From positions 1-34,177 of the forward strand of contig CAZRWZ010000003.1 in NCBI GenBank assembly GCA_964603745.1: a stretch of 34,177 nucleotides of DNA, given 5' to 3'. The stretch comes from an uncultured Bacteroidaceae bacterium. Lineage in GTDB: Bacteria; Bacteroidota; Bacteroidia; Bacteroidales; JAFGXI01. This document shows, piece by piece, positions 28,447 to 34,177 of this stretch. Position 1 is the first letter of the stretch. Each line of letters starts with the position of its first letter. Both the position numbers and the translations under genes were made by a program. The notes beneath the pieces were generated by a model that worked only from the letters and a program-made list of their open reading frames with translations, made no database searches and was not told where the DNA came from.

Positions 28447-29682
28447 TTTCACAATTTTATCATAAAACTTAATAAACGAATTAAAAAACAAATCGCCTTT
28501 TAACATATAACCTTCTTTTGTAAAATGTATTCTATCTCGTTTCATTAAGTGGTGATTATACCATACTTGCGAAGAATTAAACCCTCCCATAATTTCATAT
28601 AAATCCCACACAGCTGCATTATATTTCTTTGCCAGTTCCATAATAACTTCTTCTTGTAAAGCAGTGTTTTTATTTGGATATTTTTTATATAAATAATCAT
28701 CATTCGGAACAGTAATCATGATGGCTGTGTTTGGGTTTGCGTTTAAGATACGCTGTATTAGAGTGTCGTAATTATTTTTATAAATATTTTTATTAAATTT
28801 TGTTCCATAAGCATCATTTGTTCCCAACGAAAGTATTACCATATCTGGTTTAATTACTTCAATATTTTCTTCAAACATATTGCATTTTAAAAACGAAGGA
28901 ATACTTGCTCCGTTTACACCAACAGCATCGTAAATAATTCCGGGGTCATCAGTTTCCGATTTTATTCCATAAAGTTCAAATCTTTTTTCTAAGCTATCGG
29001 TTTTAACTATTTGTATTCTAATAGTATCGCAATATTTTTCTAAGTGATATTCTGAGTAATGTTTTGTTGGAAAATCAGTTTTTGCAACAATACTATTAGA
29101 TAAAACATTTACATCATAACCAATGCTATCGCTAAGATTATAAAATATTTTAATTTTATTAAAATCGTAAAGCGGATAATTTTCTCTTGAATAAATTGTT
29201 ATTTCGCTAACGCTATCTTTTGTACTTACTTGATATCCTGATAAACCAAAATTACAATTTGTTTTCTTTTTAACATTTTTGCAATGTTTCCAACTACCAG
29301 TATATTTTACTACATAATTATACGGATTATTAGTTTTTGCTATTTTAAAAGGAAAAATAAAACCTCTGCCACCATTTAATCCTGGGTAGAAACTTTGCAT
29401 TCGTTCTCTCATTCTGTTTGTATAAATATCGGCTTGAATATGAGAGCCTCCTATATGTACAATTTCTAATTGTCCTTCTCCTTTTAGGATAATATTTTTG
29501 TATTTAGTAAAAAAATTCACAAAACTACTACTGTCGCCGGGGAATTTAAGAACATTTTTTTTGTAGTTAATAAAATCGTAAAATTTTATTTCGTAAGGAT
29601 ATTCTGGCAATTGAGCAAATACACTCCCAAACGACGAAAGTAATATTGTTAGTAATAACCTATTTAGGATTGTTTTTTGCAT
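28444..29682 (-). CDS. Secreted SGNH/GDSL-family hydrolase (putative O-acetyl esterase/transferase)
   Basis: ORF track, 412 aa, signal peptide ...GSVFAQ. Block I variant VHIGGSHIQAD, block III ILSLGTNDA, block V DRIHFTKEGY. Confidence 0.75.
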   Translation of the reverse strand: MQKTILNRLLLTILLSSFGSVFAQLPEYPYEIKFYDFINYKKNVLKFPGDSSSFVNFFTKYKNIILKGEGQLEIVHIGGSHIQADIYTNRMRERMQSFYPGLNGGRGFIFPFKIAKTNNPYNYVVKYTGSWKHCKNVKKKTNCNFGLSGYQVSTKDSVSEITIYSRENYPLYDFNKIKIFYNLSDSIGYDVNVLSNSIVAKTDFPTKHYSEYHLEKYCDTIRIQIVKTDSLEKRFELYGIKSETDDPGIIYDAVGVNGASIPSFLKCNMFEENIEVIKPDMVILSLGTNDAYGTKFNKNIYKNNYDTLIQRILNANPNTAIMITVPNDDYLYKKYPNKNTALQEEVIMELAKKYNAAVWDLYEIMGGFNSSQVWYNHHLMKRDRIHFTKEGYMLKGDLFFNSFIKFYDKIVK

Positions 29683-29696
29683 TTAATTATAATTAA

Positions 29697-31163
29697 TTAT
29701 AAACTATATTCTATATTTTTTTCTTTGTTTTCATCATATTCATTTAAAGCTTTTTCTAAAGCTTCGTAAAATTTTTCTGCAATAATTTTTGCTCCTTTAT
29801 GCGAAAAATGTATGTAATCTTTTGCGGCTAAAGGAGGCTCGGAATTTACCCAAGCTGGCATTGAGTTTTCTCCGCCCATAGCTTCAAACATATCCCAATA
29901 AATATAACCTGCTTTTTTTGTTACTAACTTCATTTCTTCAATAACCGAAGGTAGCATTGGGTAAGAAATAAACTCGCCGTCAATATTTTGCGACATATCT
30001 GCAGGTCCAATTACAATTATTGGAATTCTTTTGTCTAATTTTTTAAACATTTTAAGCTGTTTGTAAAATGCATTACAATATCTTTTAACACCTCGTTCTG
30101 TTTTTATGTATGGAATAGCATTGCCGCCATATTCAAGAATTACCATTTTTACGTTTAATAGATTAAACATTTTTTTATATGAGCTGTAATATATACTCGT
30201 AAAATCGGTTCCTGATGCTCCACGCATTGGAATATTATCTACTACAATACCTCTTGTGTTTTCAAGCGAAATACCGTAAATATCAGGACTATCTTTACCT
30301 GTAAATTTTATACTAAGTTTTTTAGGCGATTTTTTTAAATACCATTCTTTAACTTGCACAGATTTTTTTGTGCTAAGTTTATCAAAATGTATAAGTTTGT
30401 CATCGGCATAAACTTCGGCTAAAACAGGCTCATGCGAATTTCCGTAAAATAATCGTACTTTGTTGTAATATCTATCGTTTCTGTATGCAATATTTGAACG
30501 GCTAAAATTAATACTTGCCTCATAAACAGGTGTGTCTGCTTGCATTTTTAGTGGTGCAAATCTAGAAAAAGTTCCCATAGCACCATAATTTCTATGGGTT
30601 AAATTGGAGTCTCTTCTGCCAAAGATATTATATCTTTTCCAATTCCCTTCAATTTCTTGATTTATTGAAAACGATTCTGCAAGTTTATCTGCGGCAACAA
30701 GTCCATTTCCTGAACCGCCAAAGCGTTTCTGCATTTTATATCGTAAATAACCAGTTATTCTATCTCCTTCTATTTGCGAATCGCCATAGTGTAATACGTG
30801 AGCTGTTTTTCGGCTTTTTTCCATGTCTTCAAAAAAGTTATAAAGTAGAATTCTACCTGCATCGCTATATATTAAAGTTTGAATGCTTTTTGTTTTAATT
30901 TCCAGACTGTCTATGTTTTTTACATCTGCCGTATCAGTGCCTTTGTTTACAGCTATTTCTGGCTCATCAATTTTTATGTTTACAATATCAGAAATATCAA
31001 CATATTCTGTTTTTTTATTTTCTAATAACGAATTAAATGAAATAAATTTTAAATTGAAGTTATCTGAAATTTTAATTTTTCCATTGGCAAAAGGGATTGT
31101 TAAAAGTAGCAAAACAAAAAGTGTACTTATTATAAAAATTAATATTTGCCACGGTTTTATCAT
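29697..31163 (-). CDS. Membrane-anchored SGNH/GDSL-family hydrolase
   Basis: ORF track, 488 aa, N-terminal TM helix. Block I LHYGDSQIEGD, block V DYIHFSHKGA. It lies 14 bp upstream of the second SGNH gene on the same strand. Confidence 0.75.
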   Translation of the reverse strand: MIKPWQILIFIISTLFVLLLLTIPFANGKIKISDNFNLKFISFNSLLENKKTEYVDISDIVNIKIDEPEIAVNKGTDTADVKNIDSLEIKTKSIQTLIYSDAGRILLYNFFEDMEKSRKTAHVLHYGDSQIEGDRITGYLRYKMQKRFGGSGNGLVAADKLAESFSINQEIEGNWKRYNIFGRRDSNLTHRNYGAMGTFSRFAPLKMQADTPVYEASINFSRSNIAYRNDRYYNKVRLFYGNSHEPVLAEVYADDKLIHFDKLSTKKSVQVKEWYLKKSPKKLSIKFTGKDSPDIYGISLENTRGIVVDNIPMRGASGTDFTSIYYSSYKKMFNLLNVKMVILEYGGNAIPYIKTERGVKRYCNAFYKQLKMFKKLDKRIPIIVIGPADMSQNIDGEFISYPMLPSVIEEMKLVTKKAGYIYWDMFEAMGGENSMPAWVNSEPPLAAKDYIHFSHKGAKIIAEKFYEALEKALNEYDENKEKNIEYSL

Positions 31164-31219
31164 AAGTAGGTTTTTTATTAACTTAGTTGAGTTTAAAACT
31201 CGGTTCTTTTTTAATTAGA

Positions 31220-31334
31220 AACAAATATACTCAATCTATTTAGCTTTTCGGGAATTTATGCTGATTTATTTTTTCTTTTTTAGGGTTTAAAATTTATACG
31301 CATAGCTAGCTTACGCTTATAAATTTAAACGAAT
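31220..31334. repeat. REP-A copy 3 (inverted, truncated: right ~110 bp only)
   Basis: Its reverse complement is attcgtttaaatttataagcgtaagctagctatgcgtataaattttaaaccctaaaaaagaaaaaataaatcagcataaattcccgaaaagctaaatagattgagtatatttg. This matches the right two-thirds of copies 1 and 2. Confidence 0.8.
31222..31229 (-). promoter_or_regulatory. Candidate -7 promoter box TATATTTG
   Basis: Exact TAnnTTTG match on the minus strand, 58 nt upstream of the ATG at 31163. It occupies the same position at the REP-A terminus as the box at 5213-5220. Confidence 0.35.
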
Positions 31335-31343
31335 ACAAGAATC

Positions 31344-31385
31344 AAAAAAAGACTGTCTTAGTTTATCTTTAGACAGTCTTTTTTT
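31344..31385. terminator. Bidirectional rho-independent terminator
   Basis: A7, then agactgtct-(12-nt loop)-agacagtct (perfect 9-bp stem), then T6. It lies 21-27 nt beyond the TAA at 31406 that ends the extended DUF1573 reading frame. Confidence 0.8.
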
Positions 31386-31405
31386 ATAATTAATTTTACT
31401 TATTT

Positions 31406-31639
31406 TTAATGTGCAGTATTATTTTTTGCAGGTGCTGTATGCTGTGGCTGTGTTGCAGCAGGAACAACAACCTCGCCAGACATTTTAAGCAGTATTATTT
31501 GATGGTTAGGGTCGTTAGTGGTAACAGTTATAGTTTTGTTTTGTTTATTTCTTTTACCTCTAGTGTTAAATGATACAGATACTTTTCCTGTTTCACCTTT
31601 TTTTATTGGTTGGTTAGTTTTGCTAACCGCTGTGCAACC
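31406..31639 (-). other. Same-frame continuation of the DUF1573 gene beyond the TGA (77 codons + TAA)
   Basis: My translation is GCTAVSKTNQPIKKGETGKVSVSFNTRGKRNKQNKTITVTTNDPNHQIILLKMSGEVVVPAATQPQHTAPAKNNTAH*. It completes the domain (xGCT...P.K.GE.G.I.V.F.T.GK.G...K.ITV.TN) and ends just before the terminator at 31344-31385. Confidence 0.75.
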
Positions 31640-32584
31640 TCAACTGCCTTTTACTTTTCTAATAATTAAGTCGTTTTTGCCTTCGTTTTTAAAAGTAAAC
31701 TCGTGTTTAACAACTTCTCCTTGTTTTACAGTGCCAAATTTATATACTGTTGTATCAAATTTAATAATTGGTGCTGCTGCAAGTTGTTCAGGTGTCCAGT
31801 TACTAAAGTCTTCTTCAATTGTAGCTCTAATTGTAATATAGTTTGCTCTGCCATCTACTTTATCATTAATTATTACATTAATTCTTCTGTTTTGAGCACC
31901 CCATAATTGTTTTCCGTTTCCATCTACAACTTTGCTGGCATCATAGGTAATATAAATTTTACCTTTTTGTTTTGGTTTTAATACTTGCGGAACTGCTTTC
32001 ATTGTTATATAAGCAGGAACATTTTTAAAAGCAATTTTTAAATCATCAACACTATTATTAATAATGTCGGTAGAATCAGTTTTAACTTGTGTGTTCTTTA
32101 ATTTGTTTAAAGCAAAGAAATTCTTTTTTAAACGAAGCCTTCCATTGTCCATTTGCTGACGATATTTATCTGCAATAGATTGTGGTTTAGGTATTACGTT
32201 TCCGGTTACTCTAAGATAGTTAGTTCCTGAATTTGAGGTAACTGTTAGCCTTTTATTAATTCTTCCGGAAGTTCTTTGTGGATTATATCTTGATTTAATA
32301 ACTCCTTTTTCGCCTGGCTTAATTGCTGTTTTAGGCCATTCATAAGCTGTAAGCCCATAATCAGGTTTAACACTCGTTATCAATAAATCTTCAGCTCCAA
32401 TGTTTGTAAATTCAAACAAACATTCTATTGTTCCATCAACTTCTCTGATAGTTCCTAGCTGATAAACCTCTTTAACAAACGAGATTTTAGCTTGCTTCTG
32501 TTGGGCAATGATATTTAGGCTAAAAAGCATAAATAAACCCATAATAATTACATTATTCTTCATCTCATATAAATTTTTTAACAT
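31640..32584 (-). CDS. DUF1573-like repeat protein (three domains), as delimited by an in-frame TGA
   Basis: ORF track, 314 aa. Signal peptide and three ~95-aa domains of the DUF1573 pattern (F.FG.V..G......F.F.N.G...L.I..V). The track ORF ends ...LIIRKVKGS-TGA, in the middle of the third domain. Confidence 0.8.
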   Translation of the reverse strand: MLKNLYEMKNNVIIMGLFMLFSLNIIAQQKQAKISFVKEVYQLGTIREVDGTIECLFEFTNIGAEDLLITSVKPDYGLTAYEWPKTAIKPGEKGVIKSRYNPQRTSGRINKRLTVTSNSGTNYLRVTGNVIPKPQSIADKYRQQMDNGRLRLKKNFFALNKLKNTQVKTDSTDIINNSVDDLKIAFKNVPAYITMKAVPQVLKPKQKGKIYITYDASKVVDGNGKQLWGAQNRRINVIINDKVDGRANYITIRATIEEDFSNWTPEQLAAAPIIKFDTTVYKFGTVKQGEVVKHEFTFKNEGKNDLIIRKVKGS

Positions 32585-32701
32585 GTAAATTTACAAATTA
32601 TATTAATACTAATGCAATAATTTTAACTATTTTTAGATTTTTTAAGTTATTAGTTTTTTAGTTATTGTTACTATGATAGAGTTATTTACCAATAAATTAA
32701 G

Positions 32702-33418
32702 ATGTTAATGTCTGAAAACTATTTTAAATTTAAGCAATTTATAATTTTTCAAGATAATTGTGCTATGAAGGTTGGCACCGATAGTGTTTTGCTAGGTGCT
32801 TTTGTTAATCTTGATAATATCAAAACTATTTTAGATATTGGAACAGGCACGGGGCTTATTGCTTTAATGCTTGCTCAAAAATCTAACGCAAAAATAACTG
32901 CAATTGAGATTGATAAACCAGCTTTTGAACAAGCTTTACAGAATGTGTCTAATTCTGTTTTTTCTGAACAAATAACTTTAATAAATTTACCTGTTCAAGA
33001 TTTTGCTAAAAATGGAACACAAAAATACGATTTAATAATTTCAAATCCGCCCTACTATCAGCATCACTTAAAATCTGGAAATAAGCAAAAGGATATTGCT
33101 AGACATAATGAAACACTAGACTACAAAGAGCTTGTAATGTCTTCAAAATTAATGTTAAACAAGAATGGTAGATTTTGTGTAATAATTCCTAAAGATGATG
33201 AATCTTATTTTATTGATATTTGTAAGGATAATAAACTTTTATTATCGCAGATATTAAATATTAGACCTACTCCAACAAAAAATATTAAAAGGGTAATATT
33301 AGAGTTTAGTTTTAATGAGACAAAAATTGAAAGCTCGGAGTTAATTATTGAGATAAATGGAAGACATAATTATTCGCAAAGATATAAACAATTAACAAAA
33401 GATTTTTATCAGTTTTAG
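32702..33418 (+). CDS. trmN6: tRNA1(Val) (adenine37-N6)-methyltransferase, YfiC/TrmN6-like
   Basis: ORF track, 238 aa. FKFKQF..FQDNCAMKVGTDSVLLGA, SAM motif LDIGTGTGLIALMLAQ, catalytic ISNPPYY. Colinear with E. coli YfiC as recalled. Confidence 0.85.
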   Translation: MLMSENYFKFKQFIIFQDNCAMKVGTDSVLLGAFVNLDNIKTILDIGTGTGLIALMLAQKSNAKITAIEIDKPAFEQALQNVSNSVFSEQITLINLPVQDFAKNGTQKYDLIISNPPYYQHHLKSGNKQKDIARHNETLDYKELVMSSKLMLNKNGRFCVIIPKDDESYFIDICKDNKLLLSQILNIRPTPTKNIKRVILEFSFNETKIESSELIIEINGRHNYSQRYKQLTKDFYQF

Positions 33419-33623
33419 TTTGAAATATATTTTTAAAATCAGCGTTCTTTATTCTAACAGTTGCGTTTTAAATTGGGTTGTTTTCAAAGTCAGTTACTTT
33501 CCATAATAATATATGAATATCCAAATCTTTAACCTTTGAAAATTAGTCAAATCGAAGATTTGGCGGGGCTGAAACGAAGCACTACCGTTAAAACTACCGC
33601 TGAAACCGCTATTGCTTTTGCTG

Positions 33624-33935
33624 TTAGGCTACGTTTATTATCTCTCCGTATTTTTTAATCTCATTTACTAATGGATTACTTTCATTAAAATCACTTTCTT
33701 TTATTGGGTGCGGTTCAATTCGGCTATCAATTTGTCGACGCAATCTCATTAATTCAAGTTGTATATTCATTAGATTATCGTAGTCTTTTAGAATAACAGC
33801 AATATCAATGTCGCTATCAATATGACTTGAACCTTTTGCATAAGAACCGAATAAAATAATTCCTACACAGTCATATTTTTCAGTGACTTTTACAGCAAAT
33901 CTTTTAACTATGTCTATAATTTCTCTTTTATCCAT
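33624..33935 (-). CDS. Minimal nucleotidyltransferase (MNT/MntA-like antitoxin candidate)
   Basis: ORF track, 103 aa. Pol-beta-type motif ILFGSYAKGSSHIDSDIDIAV (G-S-x(n)-D-x-D). Confidence 0.8.
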   Translation of the reverse strand: MDKREIIDIVKRFAVKVTEKYDCVGIILFGSYAKGSSHIDSDIDIAVILKDYDNLMNIQLELMRLRRQIDSRIEPHPIKESDFNESNPLVNEIKKYGEIINVA

Positions 33936-34177
33936 TTTCTTATTTCTTTAATTCGTTCAATCCATAATTTTGCAAAATCTTTCGTGCATTGATTATAGAA
34001 CTCTCGTTTATAATCATCGTATCTTGCATTAATGTTGAAAAGTGAGATAGCATCTAACCAATCAGCATATTCTTCATTTAATTCAATTCCACTTTTTTCT
34101 GCAATTCGAAGTAAGTTATGAATTGGTGGCGAATGTTTCTTTTTTGTTTTTACAAAATATGCTTTTAGTAATTTTTC
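33914..34177 (-). CDS. HEPN-domain protein, C-terminal part (5' end beyond the right edge)
   Basis: Not in the ORF track because it is truncated. The minus-strand frame is open from 34177 to the TAG at 33916..33914. It reads EKLLKAYFVKTKKKHSPPIHNLLRIAEKSGIELNEEYADWLDAISLFNINARYDDYKREFYNQ...IRKWIKEKL, with the (K/R)..H.L..L and ..ARY helices typical of MNT-associated HEPN proteins. It overlaps the MNT start by 22 nt. Confidence 0.65.
   Translation of the reverse strand, partial: EKLLKAYFVKTKKKHSPPIHNLLRIAEKSGIELNEEYADWLDAISLFNINARYDDYKREFYNQCTKDFAKLWIERIKEIRKWIKEKL

Noticed and set aside
3170-31906. 19 short ORFs in the track (61-134 aa) that lie antisense to, or out of frame within, long confident genes: 3170-3538, 7083-7280, 7193-7396, 7396-7581, 10271-10456, 10794-11033, 13493-13783, 14007-14330, 15189-15440, 15571-15975, 15866-16096, 16068-16265, 17899-18129, 22629-22823, 24920-25108, 25772-26014, 26293-26490, 30665-30898, 30883-31218, 31518-31841, 31703-31906
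   Set aside because: Each is fully or largely embedded in a much longer ORF with recognisable domains. Their translations are low-complexity (F/L/S/I/C-rich), typical of antisense frames in AT-rich DNA, and carry no motifs. 31518-31841 in particular is antisense to the DUF1573 gene and its post-TGA extension.
33419-33623. Possible gene remnant or ncRNA in the 205-bp gap between trmN6 and the MNT gene (ggcggggctgaaacgaagcactaccgttaaaactaccgctgaaaccgct)
   Set aside because: There is no open frame longer than 30 codons, no tRNA-like cloverleaf and no convincing stable hairpin. The locally higher GC is suggestive but insufficient, so it is only noted as context in the HEPN/MNT finding.
1-34177. 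Global stop-codon reassignment (TGA as Trp or Gly, genetic codes 4/25) as the explanation for the in-frame TGA at 31640
   Set aside because: ORFs of 1726, 1100, 1040, 926 and 865 aa contain no internal TGA at all. Trp is abundantly encoded by TGG, for example in WGRYWGWDPKETW. If TGA were a general sense codon it would appear many times in about 28 kb of coding sequence. At most, recoding is site-specific.
1-34177. CRISPR arrays, tRNA/rRNA genes, transposases/integrases, prophage
   Set aside because: I found no regularly spaced direct repeats with unique spacers. I saw no tRNA-like T-arm/acceptor signatures and no rRNA-like stretches. No ORF has DDE, serine or tyrosine recombinase motifs. 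The tail-fibre-like 926-aa gene is flanked by a glycosyltransferase and a small secreted protein rather than phage structural genes.

Overview
AT-rich chromosomal segment, roughly 30% GC by eye. It is most consistent with a Bacteroidota genome, based on a T9SS type-B C-terminal sorting domain, SprB-type repeats, a fused CcsB-CcsA cytochrome c synthase and TAnnTTTG-type promoter boxes. I support about 20 protein-coding genes. Housekeeping genes are rluF, ybeY, lptB, trmN6/yfiC-like, ccsBA, a hupE/ureJ-like gene and a BadF-type sugar kinase. They are interleaved with surface and secretion genes: a partial SprB-repeat adhesin, a 1726-aa choice-of-anchor-L/T9SS cargo protein, and a 926-aa secreted protein with YadA-head-like repeats. 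Other genes are a TPR hybrid histidine kinase, a DUF4175-like giant coiled-coil membrane protein, a tandem SGNH-hydrolase pair, and a HEPN/nucleotidyltransferase pair at the right edge. I saw no rRNA, tRNA, CRISPR array, transposase or integrase. The most interesting observation is a three-domain DUF1573-like gene whose annotated stop is an in-frame TGA. That TGA sits exactly where the conserved S-C-G-C-T motif has its first Cys. The frame then continues for 77 well-conserved codons to a TAA followed by a strong terminator. This makes it a selenocysteine or recoding candidate, or alternatively a very recent nonsense mutation or a base-call error. Nearly every long intergenic region is also built from two families of short non-coding repeats. 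One is a ~160-bp long-palindrome family whose end carries a TATATTTG promoter-like box in front of two operons. The other is a MITE-like family with ~24-bp terminal inverted repeats, whose TAATTAG tips overlap the stop codons of three genes. All domain calls rest on motifs I recognise by eye or from memory. No database search was run.
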